From Alphaproteobacteria bacterium (GTDB lineage Bacteria; Pseudomonadota; Alphaproteobacteria; UBA6615), in the NCBI GenBank assembly GCA_021774445.1, contig JAJFJA010000056.1, forward strand, positions 18,347-82,346: DNA of 64,000 bases, read 5' to 3'. The position numbers and the translations under genes were made by a program. Within the stretch, counting starts at the first letter, position 1; the number at the start of each line of letters is the position of its first letter. Under the pieces are notes generated by a model, which saw only the letters and a list, made by a program, of their open reading frames with translations, had not been told where the DNA came from and ran no database searches. Positions 19,361 to 28,233 of this stretch are shown one piece after another.

Positions 19361-20206
19361 TTACCGGAAGAGCGACAACACCGACTGCTCGGACTGACCG
19401 GCGAAGGCGAGGGCGGAGATACCCAGCTGCTGCCTTGTCTGCAGCGACACCAGGTTGGCACCTTCCTCGTTGATGTCGGCGAGGGTGAGCTTGCCGGCAC
19501 CTTCTTCGAGGCCATTCACATAGGATTTGGTGAAGTCCAGGCGGGCCTGGAGCAGGGCGACGTTGGAACCGAGCGAAGACGCGTTGCCTCGCAAGGTGGT
19601 GATCGCCGTGTCCAATTCCGTAATCGCCGCGTCAGCGCCGCTTGCGGTGCTGAAATCGATCTCGCCCGTGGTCGTCGCAGAGGCGGCGGCCAGTGTAACA
19701 GCGAGCCCGGCACTACCCGCCTGTAGGTTCACCGCTGCAATGGACAGGGTACTGGTGGTCGCCGTCCCGAAGGAGACGGCCAGGGTCGACGTGGTGTTGT
19801 TGACCAGGTTGAGACCCTGATAGCTGGCGTCACCGGCCAGATTGTCAATCTGGGTGCGGAGAGAGTTGTACTGAGAGACAATGGAGGTCAACTCCGTACC
19901 AGTCGCGGATTTGGCGCTGATGGCCAGACCCTTGAGCTGGCGAACCAGCGTGTCGACGGCCTCGACGGCTTCAAGAGCCGTTTTGACCGAGCTGATGCCC
20001 TGATCGATACCGTCCTTTTTCTCGGAGAAATCCGATGCCCGGTCGCTCAGCGACTTGGCCTCGAAGAACGCCTTCGAATCGTCGATCGGGCTGGCAACTC
20101 GCAGACCGGTAGACAGACGGTTTTGGGTTTTGTCGATAAGGGATTGGGTGTTGCTGAGGGTCAATAGGTTCGACCGCACAGCCGCGTTGAGGGTAATTTC
20201 TGCCAT
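19361..20206 (-). CDS. fliC: Flagellin (paralog 4, with a central insertion)
   Basis: The track ORF starts at MRSQGM, and the alignment-based start is MAEITL. The central segment AAASATTTGEIDFSTASGADAAITELDTAITTLRG is inserted relative to paralog 3. Confidence 0.9.
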   Translation of the reverse strand: MAEITLNAAVRSNLLTLSNTQSLIDKTQNRLSTGLRVASPIDDSKAFFEAKSLSDRASDFSEKKDGIDQGISSVKTALEAVEAVDTLVRQLKGLAISAKSATGTELTSIVSQYNSLRTQIDNLAGDASYQGLNLVNNTTSTLAVSFGTATTSTLSIAAVNLQAGSAGLAVTLAAASATTTGEIDFSTASGADAAITELDTAITTLRGNASSLGSNVALLQARLDFTKSYVNGLEEGAGKLTLADINEEGANLVSLQTRQQLGISALAFAGQSEQSVLSLFR

Positions 20207-20266
20207 ACCTTGGCTCCTCATTCTGAAGGACTATGTGACGGAGCTTCTGCTCCGGCCCGACTTGCT

Positions 20267-20282
20267 GCAATCGAGAGGCCAA
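20267..20282 (-). promoter_or_regulatory. Sigma-54-like promoter for flagellin 4
   Basis: The minus strand reads TGGCCTCTCGATTGCAG, with GG-N10-GC spacing. Confidence 0.45.
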
Positions 20283-20334
20283 CTCTATTTTCGTTTATTT
20301 ACAACGTGTTATGGCGTTTAGTTTTGGGAAACCA

Positions 20335-20392
20335 TGCAATTTGTGCCGATTTTTCTAGGCAAATTTTGCCGCCGATAGGCAAGATTTGCCGG
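20335..20392. promoter_or_regulatory. Array of three GGCAA-N3-TTGCC dyad sites upstream of the flagellin 4 promoter
   Basis: TGCAATTTGTGCC (20335-20347, degenerate), GGCAAATTTTGCC (20358-20370), GGCAAGATTTGCC (20378-20390). Confidence 0.45.
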
Positions 20393-20474
20393 ATGCGGCC
20401 ATGGTGGTGGCCCCATGTGCGAAAACGCGCAGGCGATATCGGGTAGCGGTGTGGATCGATAAATACGATGACCG

Positions 20475-21314
20475 TCAGGCGAATAAGTTGAGAACCGAGC
20501 CTGGGTCTATTTCTTGTTTGAAAACCGTGTACTGAGAAATGTAGGCCGTTATCGACTGGGCGATTTCGAAGGAGAGCGAGAGAGCGGTCAAGATTCGCGC
20601 GAATTGCTCTTTCTTCTTTTCGATCTCGTCGATATTTTCGATCTGCGCGCCTAGTTGTATCGCTGAGATGTCCGATTCGAGGTCGGCAATCTTTTCACTG
20701 GTGTTCTGCGACAGGTTAAATCCAGCATCTTCATTGATGCGGGTTATTTCGAGGGTAACGCCGAAACTCGCGGAAAGGCCGTTGAGCGTGGCCTGAACGG
20801 CGGAAATATCGCCGCCGGTGGCGAAGTTATTGTGCACCAGCGCGTTGAGCTGTGCCACCGCGTCCGCCTTAAGCTTCCGCAAACCATCGGGGGCGCCAAA
20901 GCGCTCGAAAACCGGCGTATCCAGCTTTTCGATGTCGGCGATGGCCGAGGCCAGGCGGGAATCGAATTCGGCGACGGTCGATGGATCGGCCAGGGCAATC
21001 AGGTCGGTAAAAGCGGCGATCGTCGTTTCGGTGGTGACGCGATTGCTCTTGGTGCGCGCGGCATAGGCGTCGATGTCGGCAACGTCCCGCTTCAGGCGGG
21101 TGACGTTAATGTCTAGCAGCGCCGTAGCGCCGCTGGTGTTCTTTTCCTGCTGGAGATCCAGGATCTCCTTGTCCAGGCGCTTTAGGACAGTTTCCTGAGT
21201 GATACTGAACTGGAGCTCGAAGGCCGGGCCCGAGGCGAGCTGGGACAGTCTTACGAACTGTTCGGCCACGGAAATCGTGTCGAAACTGCTCTTTAAGCCT
21301 GGAATGGTCGCCAT
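20475..21314 (-). CDS. Hypothetical coiled-coil protein with a flagellar axial-protein-like C-terminus (orphan, between flgL and the flagellin array)
   Basis: 279 aa. The C-terminus ITAYISQYTVFKQEIDPGSVLNLFA parallels the flagellin (SVLSLFR) and FlgL (LSLLNFLN) termini, but the N-terminus is not a canonical flagellin D0 segment. Confidence 0.55.
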   Translation of the reverse strand: MATIPGLKSSFDTISVAEQFVRLSQLASGPAFELQFSITQETVLKRLDKEILDLQQEKNTSGATALLDINVTRLKRDVADIDAYAARTKSNRVTTETTIAAFTDLIALADPSTVAEFDSRLASAIADIEKLDTPVFERFGAPDGLRKLKADAVAQLNALVHNNFATGGDISAVQATLNGLSASFGVTLEITRINEDAGFNLSQNTSEKIADLESDISAIQLGAQIENIDEIEKKKEQFARILTALSLSFEIAQSITAYISQYTVFKQEIDPGSVLNLFA

Positions 21315-21396
21315 GATCGTGAGCTGTCCGAGTTTGCGAAACCGTACGAGCCTGACACCTCCAGAGTTAAGGCGGTGTTAAGCGCGGGCTAAGTCG

Positions 21397-22590
21397 CTAG
21401 TTGAGGAAATTGAGCAATGACAAGGATTGGATCCGCGAAATGGTTGAATACGAGGCTTGAAGCTGAACTTGATCAGACTGCAGGCGGGCGACGACTTCGG
21501 CGGTATTGATGTTCTGGATGTCGCCGATAATCTCCGCTGCATAGATGTTGTATTGCTCGTGTCGGCCCTGCACGTTCTTAAGGGTGATACGAGGGCCGTT
21601 GAGTTCGATCCGTAAATCAGTCAGACCGTCGATGCCGTTGGTCACATCGACGCCGAGGATGTTGTCGATGATATCCCGGGCCTTTTTGACAAGGACCTGG
21701 CCATCGGGCGTGGCAATCGACGCCTGAGGCAGGTTGGCGATGGCATCGACCGCGGTAATCAGTTGTTGGAAAGCGACCTCGTTGGCGGAGACGCCATATT
21801 TGATCTCAAAGCTTTCGTCGATTCTGGCAGCACTTTGGACGTTGTCGCCCTGGTAGTAATCGAGCTTCGGATTTGCCATCATTTGGCTCGAATTGAGACG
21901 GTCGACGTAATAGCTGAAGAGGTTCGGATCCTCGGCCTTGAACTCAGCCAGCGTCGGGTTGTTCAAATCGGCCGGGACCGGCACCGTAGGCAGGACACCG
22001 TTCTTTTCGAAGTAGATCTGTTGATAAAAACTGCCTTGCGCGTAGGGCAAAGTGTTGCCGAGCACGTTGGTGTAGTAGGACTGGTAGAAGGTCTCGTCGA
22101 CAGTGTTGGCGTCGCTCTCGATGAGCTTGACCGGCGTGTAGGTGCCGGCGGCGAAGGTCACGGGGGCGCGATCGACGCGGCCGCCGGCAAAGAGATAGCG
22201 GGTGCCGTCGCGGGCGTTCAAGGACTCGCCGACCAACGAAAGCGTGTTGGTGGCGAGGTCGACCATATCGGCGAGATGGGACTCGGGACCGTCGAGCGAG
22301 GCATTCAACAGTTTGCGCATCTCAGTGGCCAAGGTCTCAGTACTCTCCATGCTGATATCCATCAAGGAGAGGCGCTGTTCGACGGTGTTGATATTGTCGA
22401 TGAATTGATTGGTCCGGCCCACCGTCGCCTCGGTGGAAACCAGGCGGCTGGCGCTCTGATAGATGCCGGAATATTGCTGGGCGACAACACCGGTGCTGAG
22501 CTGAGTCTGCAGATCAAACATCTGCCGCTGCTGATTCAGGGTGTTGAACAGGATCATCTGTTGCTGGGCGTATGGCGCAACGCGAGTCAT
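21397..22590 (-). CDS. flgL: Flagellar hook-associated protein 3 FlgL
   Basis: 397 aa. N-terminus QQRQMFDLQTQLSTGVV, and flagellin-like C-terminal helix ARLQSDQVQLQASYSTISRIQSLSLLNFLN. Confidence 0.85.
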   Translation of the reverse strand: MTRVAPYAQQQMILFNTLNQQRQMFDLQTQLSTGVVAQQYSGIYQSASRLVSTEATVGRTNQFIDNINTVEQRLSLMDISMESTETLATEMRKLLNASLDGPESHLADMVDLATNTLSLVGESLNARDGTRYLFAGGRVDRAPVTFAAGTYTPVKLIESDANTVDETFYQSYYTNVLGNTLPYAQGSFYQQIYFEKNGVLPTVPVPADLNNPTLAEFKAEDPNLFSYYVDRLNSSQMMANPKLDYYQGDNVQSAARIDESFEIKYGVSANEVAFQQLITAVDAIANLPQASIATPDGQVLVKKARDIIDNILGVDVTNGIDGLTDLRIELNGPRITLKNVQGRHEQYNIYAAEIIGDIQNINTAEVVARLQSDQVQLQASYSTISRIQSLSLLNFLN

Positions 22591-22601
22591 CTCAGTGCCT
22601 C

Positions 22602-24659
22602 TTAACGGACGGCGTTCATGAGAATATCCATCATCTCAGTCACCGCGGTGGTGACACGGGCAGCCGCCTGATAAGCGTTCTGCAAGATGATAATGTTGGA
22701 CATCTCTTCATCGATGTTGACCTGGCTGATGCCGGCGGCCTGTGTGGTCAGCGCCTGGCTGTAGGCCTGGTTGATCTCCAGATCACGGGAAATGTTGGCC
22801 GCGGTGGTCGCATTGACCGACATGATGCTGGCGGCGTAGTCGGCCAAACGTGTGGTCGTTGCGGCGAGTCCGCCGGCTTTGGCCAGGGCGAGGTCGCCGG
22901 CGAAGACGCCGGCGATCGCCTGGGCGGCCTTGCCACTGCCGGCGGAGACGGCAACAGTGCCGACGGCGAGCGTCGCGGCGCCGCTAAGCTCACCGCCGGC
23001 GAATTGGTTGGGATCGTTGGCGATACCGGTGGTGACGGCGAGCCGATTGGCGATCCCCGGCGTGCCGGAGCGTACATTCAAGGTACTGGTCAGGGTCGAG
23101 GAGTCGGTGAAGAAGAAATTATTGCCGTCGGCGTCCGAGATGTTCAGGCGGAAGCCGCTAGCCTCCTGAATCACGGTGGCGGTGATGTTCTGGGCGGCCA
23201 TGGCCCCGGTGATTGCCGTGGCAACGGCGGTCAGGCTGTCGCCGACATTGTAAGCAACCGCCGTCGAGCCGCCGGGATAGGCGACGGTGAGGGTGCCGGC
23301 GAGGCCCAAAGCGGCCGTGGCACTGACTTGGCGGTCGGTCTGGTAGGTCGAATAACCGTTACCGGTCGAGAAGAAATCGTTGAGGCCGAGGAACTGCGCC
23401 ATGCCCATGGTCTGAGACCCGGTGGTGACGGCGCTGGTCATTTCGTTAACAGCGATCTTGTTGCCGCCGGTGGCCGTGAGCACGACTTTGCCCTGGGCGT
23501 TGATACTGGCGGTCGCGTTGGCCATGCCGTTGAGCGTGGTGACCAGCTGACCGATGGTGGAGGGCACCAGGGCGGCCAGATTGATGTCCAGGTTCTCGAC
23601 CACAAGGCCGTTGCCGTCGACCACCGTGGCGCGGAAGCTGCCGGTCATCGACGGGGCGTCCGTGGCGGCGACGGTCGTCGCGCCGGTCAGAGACGTGGGT
23701 GGCGGGAACGCAGTACCGTCATTGTGGGCGGCGTTGACGCTGCTGGCCATGACTTCGCCCAGACGGTCGAGCTCAGCCTGCAGATTGACGAGATCGGTGT
23801 CGCGCAGATCGGCTAGGGCACGAAGGCTGCCGTCGCGCAGTTCTGAGGTAATGTCGACACCGCTGGCGCCGATCGATATCGGGCCGATGCCGCTGGGATA
23901 GGTGATCTGGGCGGACATCTGCGAAACCGGGGTGTGCACCAGCTGGACCGTGGTGTTCTCGACCAGTTGCCGCCCGCTCTCGGTAAATACGATTACCCGG
24001 CCATCGTCCCGGGTGAAGTATTTGATGTCGACGTCCTTGGCGAGTTGATCCAGTGCCTTGTCGCGATTGTCGATGAGGTCCGCCGCGGGTTTGCCGAGGG
24101 CCTTCGAGACGGCGATCTGACCGTTGAGGTCGTTGATTAGGGTTAGCTGGTCGTTAATTCTGGAGACCGTCTCGCTGATCTGCTTGTCGGCTTCCTGGCG
24201 CATTTTCTGCACTTCGTCCGACATGAACTGAAGCTGGTTGGTCAATCGAATGGCTTGATTGACAACATCACTGCGCGCGGACTGGCTTTCCGGGGTCGTG
24301 GATAGGGACTCCAGGGCGGCACCAAGATCGGTGACGGCGTGGGACAAATCACCATTGTTTTCCAAGGTGCCGAACAGCTGCTGCATACGCGAGTAGTAGG
24401 TATCCTGGGCAGACAAGCCGGAAAGCTTGGACAATTGATCACGAACCTGCAGCAGCAGATTCTCATCAACCGAGCGCCGGATCTCAGTCAGACGGACGCC
24501 GCTGGATTCGCCGTTGACGATCTGGTTGGTCTGGCCAACCGTCTTGCGGGTATAGCCCTCGGTGTTGGCATTGGCGACGTTGTTCGACGTGACCTGGAAT
24601 GCGGCCTGTGTCGTTTGCAGGGCAGCCAGCGCCGAATAGAGGGAGACGGTCAAAGACAT
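22602..24659 (-). CDS. flgK: Flagellar hook-associated protein 1 FlgK
   Basis: 685 aa. N-terminus SLYSALAALQTTQAAFQVTSNNVANANTEGYTRK, and C-terminal NIIILQNAYQAAARVTTAVTEMMDILMN. Confidence 0.9.
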   Translation of the reverse strand: MSLTVSLYSALAALQTTQAAFQVTSNNVANANTEGYTRKTVGQTNQIVNGESSGVRLTEIRRSVDENLLLQVRDQLSKLSGLSAQDTYYSRMQQLFGTLENNGDLSHAVTDLGAALESLSTTPESQSARSDVVNQAIRLTNQLQFMSDEVQKMRQEADKQISETVSRINDQLTLINDLNGQIAVSKALGKPAADLIDNRDKALDQLAKDVDIKYFTRDDGRVIVFTESGRQLVENTTVQLVHTPVSQMSAQITYPSGIGPISIGASGVDITSELRDGSLRALADLRDTDLVNLQAELDRLGEVMASSVNAAHNDGTAFPPPTSLTGATTVAATDAPSMTGSFRATVVDGNGLVVENLDINLAALVPSTIGQLVTTLNGMANATASINAQGKVVLTATGGNKIAVNEMTSAVTTGSQTMGMAQFLGLNDFFSTGNGYSTYQTDRQVSATAALGLAGTLTVAYPGGSTAVAYNVGDSLTAVATAITGAMAAQNITATVIQEASGFRLNISDADGNNFFFTDSSTLTSTLNVRSGTPGIANRLAVTTGIANDPNQFAGGELSGAATLAVGTVAVSAGSGKAAQAIAGVFAGDLALAKAGGLAATTTRLADYAASIMSVNATTAANISRDLEINQAYSQALTTQAAGISQVNIDEEMSNIIILQNAYQAAARVTTAVTEMMDILMNAVR

Positions 24660-24685
24660 GATCTGGGTCCGAAGGGCCTTTGGCG

Positions 24686-25135
24686 TTACAGAGTCTGGTT
24701 TACCGACAAGGGCAGCGATGCGCCGGCCTTGCGAGTGTTGGTGAGGCGCCCATCGGGCCGGTAGGTGCCGGCGGCTCTGATTTGCTGCTCTTGCGCGGCT
24801 TCCGCGACGGCTTGTGCCAACCGCTGATTGGCCACCGTTGCGGCATGCAGGGCGAGAATATTTCGGGTCGCGGTCTGTTCGAGTCGCGTCGCGACGGCGC
24901 GTAACTCGGCGATGCGGCTATGGTCGAGCTTCTGCAGGGGATCGGGAAATTGCCGCAGGTCCGAGACGGCCTGCTCGTAAGCTGCCGCAACGGAGGCCTT
25001 CTTGACCTGGATGTCGCCAACTTCGCCGGTGCGCATTTCATCGAGCAAGCCGGACTCCTCATCGATGACGTCGGCAAGCTCAATGGTGGCGCGGATTAGG
25101 GATTCCGTTCGCCAGGTGGGGCTGACTTGGGTCAT
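24686..25135 (-). CDS. FlgN-like flagellar export chaperone candidate (hypothetical)
   Basis: 149-aa helical protein located between the flgJ-like gene and flgK, and translationally coupled to them by ATGA overlaps. The assignment rests on position and size only. Confidence 0.4.
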   Translation of the reverse strand: MTQVSPTWRTESLIRATIELADVIDEESGLLDEMRTGEVGDIQVKKASVAAAYEQAVSDLRQFPDPLQKLDHSRIAELRAVATRLEQTATRNILALHAATVANQRLAQAVAEAAQEQQIRAAGTYRPDGRLTNTRKAGASLPLSVNQTL

Positions 25136-25458
25136 GGCTGGGCCTGCTCTTGTAGCTGAAGGATTTCGCGGACAACGGAGTCGGCAATGCCGATCCCGCC
25201 GTTCTGGGCCAGGGCCTTGCCGTATTCCTGGCCCAGCATGGACCGGAACAGGGTCTCACCGGGGCCGCCGCCGAAAACGGGGTCGGTTTGCACATCGGCC
25301 ATCATGTAGTTGACCATCTGGGTCAGAAAAAACGCCTCAAAGTCTTGCGCGGTTTGTTGCGCATCGGCGGCGGCGGCCGGGTTGATGCGCGCCAAGGGGT
25401 TGACGCCTTGCTGCAACGTCGTGGTCACGCTCGAGAGGCTTGAATCGGGGGTCATCAC
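25132..25458 (-). CDS. flgJ: Flagellar rod-binding protein (FlgJ N-terminal-domain-like)
   Basis: 108 aa containing AQDFEAFFLTQMVNYMM...GGGPGETLFRSMLGQEYGKALAQNGGIGIADSV, which matches the rod-binding domain pattern. Confidence 0.8.
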   Translation of the reverse strand: MMTPDSSLSSVTTTLQQGVNPLARINPAAAADAQQTAQDFEAFFLTQMVNYMMADVQTDPVFGGGPGETLFRSMLGQEYGKALAQNGGIGIADSVVREILQLQEQAQP

Positions 25459-26600
25459 ATCACCTCGAGTTCGGCTTGCAGAGCGCCCGCGGCCTTGACC
25501 GTCTGCAGGATCGCGATCATGTCGCGCGGTCCGATGCCGAGCGCGTTCAAGCCGTCAACCAATTCCTGCAACGTTACGCCGGCAGGAACTATCGCAAGGC
25601 GTTCGCCGTCGTCCTCTTCCACCTCGATATCCGTGCGGGGTACGACTGTCGTCGTGCCGGCGTCGGAAAATGCATTCGGCTGACTCACTTGCGGGGTTTC
25701 GGTGATGCGGATTGTGAGGTTGCCTTGGGCCACCGCGACGGTGCTGAGGCGAACATTCTCACCCATCACGATGACGCCGGATTGCTCGTCGATCACGACT
25801 CTGGCGAGCTGGTCAGGCGTTACCCGCAGCTGCTCGATGTCGGTCATTAGTCCGACGACATTGCCGACCCGATTCGCCGGGACCGGGACCTCGACGGTGG
25901 CTGGGTTGACTGCGGCGGCACCGGAACCGCCGATGAGGGCGTTGATCGACTGGGCGATCCGCCGCGCGGTCGTGAAATCGGGATTGCGCAGATTGAGGCG
26001 GACGCGGGTTAGGGAATCCAAGTCGAAGCCGAGCTCGCGCTCGACGATGGCGCCGTTTGGCAGGCGGCCTGCCGTTGGTACGCCTTTGACGATGGTTTGA
26101 CCATCGCCGGAAGCGGTGAAGCCGTTGACCACGATCTGACCTTGGGAGACGGCGTAGACTTCGCCATCGGCGCCCAGCATCGGGGTCACCAACAAGGTGC
26201 CGCCGAGCAAGCTTTTGGCATCGCCGAGGGCGCTAACGGCCACGTCAATGCGTTTACCCTGGCCGGAGAATGGCGGCAGCGTGGCCGTGACCATAACGGC
26301 GGCGATGTTCTTGGTTTTGAGATTGGCGAGTTCGTCGCGGGTGTTCACGCCCAGGCGCTCGAGCATGCCGATTAGGCTCTGCTGGGTGAAAGGCGCGTTG
26401 TCGAGGGTGTCGCCGCTGCCGCTGAGGCCGACTACCAGGCCATAACCGACCAGCAGGTTGTCGCGGACACCCTCGAAATCGACGATGTCCTTGATCCGAG
26501 TCTGGGCGCTCGCGGCCGGTACGACAGCGCTGGATAGCGCGGCGACGGCCAGCCAAAGGGCCACTCTGCGGCAAACTTTCTGTATCTGGTGTCTGTTCAT
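25455..26600 (-). CDS. flgI: Flagellar P-ring protein FlgI
   Basis: Signal peptide, then IKDIVDFEGVRDNLLVGYGLVVGLSGSGD. Start chosen at MNRHQIQ (26598-26600). Confidence 0.9.
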   Translation of the reverse strand: MNRHQIQKVCRRVALWLAVAALSSAVVPAASAQTRIKDIVDFEGVRDNLLVGYGLVVGLSGSGDTLDNAPFTQQSLIGMLERLGVNTRDELANLKTKNIAAVMVTATLPPFSGQGKRIDVAVSALGDAKSLLGGTLLVTPMLGADGEVYAVSQGQIVVNGFTASGDGQTIVKGVPTAGRLPNGAIVERELGFDLDSLTRVRLNLRNPDFTTARRIAQSINALIGGSGAAAVNPATVEVPVPANRVGNVVGLMTDIEQLRVTPDQLARVVIDEQSGVIVMGENVRLSTVAVAQGNLTIRITETPQVSQPNAFSDAGTTTVVPRTDIEVEEDDGERLAIVPAGVTLQELVDGLNALGIGPRDMIAILQTVKAAGALQAELEVM

Positions 26601-26647
26601 TTGATCCGTGCTGTTCGCCAATGGGCTGCCTGCCCGGGGTTGGAGAA

Positions 26648-26663
26648 GCGAGAATCGTGCCAA
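26648..26663 (-). promoter_or_regulatory. Sigma-54-like promoter for the flgI operon
   Basis: The minus strand reads TGGCACGATTCTCGCT (TGGCACG matches exactly, and the -12 element is TCGC rather than TTGC). An ftr-like half-dyad CCCGGCAAGTCCTACCGGG lies at 26748-26766. Confidence 0.4.
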
Positions 26664-26933
26664 CAGACCGTGTCTTGTAAGTTGTTGTCCTGATTGTATT
26701 TTTTGGCTAGACCGCTGAGTGCCGACCAGAAATCCAGCGGCAGGGACTGCCGGTGACCCGGCAAGTCCTACCGGGTTCCCGCGGCATCGGCCTGGGCCGA
26801 CTTCGCGACGCCAAGTAAAAAATGGGCCGGTTCATGCCGGCCCGAGTTCAGGGAGGAGAAAAATGCAATAGAGCACCTTTAGACTACGAGTATAGAGTGA
26901 TTCGCCCCCATTTTGTAAATTAAATATCTGATA

Positions 26934-27215
26934 CTAGGTGTCTGTCCCCGAGCCGGGAAATGTGACGCGGCCGCTGTCGTCCACATGGAAGCCAAGCTGT
27001 TCAACCACGGTGCTACTGAATATGCGCTCGCGGCGCCCCGGAAACAGCTTGTCGAAATCGTAAGGCCATTCGACGGCGAAGAGGGCGGAGAGGTGCTGCA
27101 TATCGATCGGCGGGGCCTGGCGGCCGCGCATCTTCAGGATGCGGGTGATCACTTTGACGATCTCAGCGGATTCCCGTGGCCGCAGGAAGAAGTCCGATTT
27201 ATCGATCGTGGGCAC
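26934..27215 (-). CDS. Hypothetical small protein (93 aa)
   Basis: GC3 is about 77%, against about 60% for the overlapping plus-strand ORF, and the sequence is non-repetitive. No recognised motif. Confidence 0.3.
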   Translation of the reverse strand: MPTIDKSDFFLRPRESAEIVKVITRILKMRGRQAPPIDMQHLSALFAVEWPYDFDKLFPGRRERIFSSTVVEQLGFHVDDSGRVTFPGSGTDT

Positions 27216-27393
27216 GTTGCTCTCTAGATCGCCAGGGTGAAGGTTCGGTCGGGCTCTATCATGCCGCGAATAGGTCTCATGGCGCTAGAGTCTCCGTGCT
27301 TGTGCTGGTGTTGGGCTACTTGCAAATGGCGGCAGCCGCCGCGATGATCTAGACTCTGACCAGTTGGACAAGATTGTAAATGTTCACTGAACG

Positions 27394-28233
27394 TTGGGCG
27401 GCACCATGGTGGCCATGCAGGAGCAGTTAGAGGCTCGGACCGACGCGGGAAGCGGGCCTCTAGTGGTCGATGTGAGAGACCTCTCGCTCACATTCAAGAC
27501 GTCGGATGGGCCGGTATACGCGTTGTCGCATGTCGATCTGCAGATCGCGGAGGGCGATTTCGTTTCCTTTATCGGGCCGTCGGGCTGTGGCAAGACGACC
27601 ATGCTGCGGGTAATCGCCGACCTGGAGCGGCCCACGGACGGGCAGATCACGGTCAATGGCGTCTCGGCGGAAGAGGCCCGCCTAAACCGAAGCTATGGTT
27701 ATGTTTTTCAGGCAGCGGCGCTGTACCCGTGGCGCAATATTCTGCGCAACGTGACCTTGCCGCTGGAGATCATGGGCGTCCCGGCGGCGGAGCGGCGAGA
27801 TCGAGCGCGGCGTTATCTCGAACTCGTGAACCTCGCCGGATTCGAGAAAAAATTCCCGTGGCAGCTTTCCGGCGGCATGCAGCAACGGGCGTCGATCGCC
27901 CGAGCCTTATGCTTCGATCCCGCATTGCTGCTGATGGATGAGCCTTTTGGGGCGTTGGATGAGATCGTGCGCGACCATCTCAACGAGCAATTGCTGCAGT
28001 TGTGGGAGAAGACCGGCAAGACGGTTGTTTTCGTGACCCATTCGATCCCGGAGGCGGTCTTCCTGTCGTCCAAGATCGTCGTCATGTCGCCGCGGCCGGG
28101 GCGGGTAATCGACGTCATTCACAATGATCTGCCGCGGCAGCGTACCCTGGATATTCGGGAATCGCCGGCGTTCTTGTCGGTGGCGCATCGGGTGCGGCAG
28201 GGGCTGCGAGCCGGGCATAGCTATGACGACTGA
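27394..28233 (+). CDS. ABC transporter ATP-binding protein (NitT/TauT nitrate/sulfonate/taurine-type family)
   Basis: Walker A GPSGCGKTT, signature LSGGMQQRASIA, Walker B LLMDEPFGALD. 279 aa with no extra C-terminal domain. Confidence 0.85.
   Translation: MGGTMVAMQEQLEARTDAGSGPLVVDVRDLSLTFKTSDGPVYALSHVDLQIAEGDFVSFIGPSGCGKTTMLRVIADLERPTDGQITVNGVSAEEARLNRSYGYVFQAAALYPWRNILRNVTLPLEIMGVPAAERRDRARRYLELVNLAGFEKKFPWQLSGGMQQRASIARALCFDPALLLMDEPFGALDEIVRDHLNEQLLQLWEKTGKTVVFVTHSIPEAVFLSSKIVVMSPRPGRVIDVIHNDLPRQRTLDIRESPAFLSVAHRVRQGLRAGHSYDD

Noticed and set aside
20371-20385. GCCGATAG on the plus strand resembling a sigma-28 -10 element (GCCGATAA)
   Set aside because: It is oriented to drive transcription antisense into the convergent 279-aa gene. 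There is no convincing TAAA -35 at the correct spacing, and it overlaps the GGCAA-N3-TTGCC dyad array, which explains the sequence better.
22572-23816. 414-aa plus-strand ORF (Gly/Asp/Arg-rich)
   Set aside because: It is antisense to flgK and has a low-complexity GGDG-rich translation, so it is a shadow ORF.
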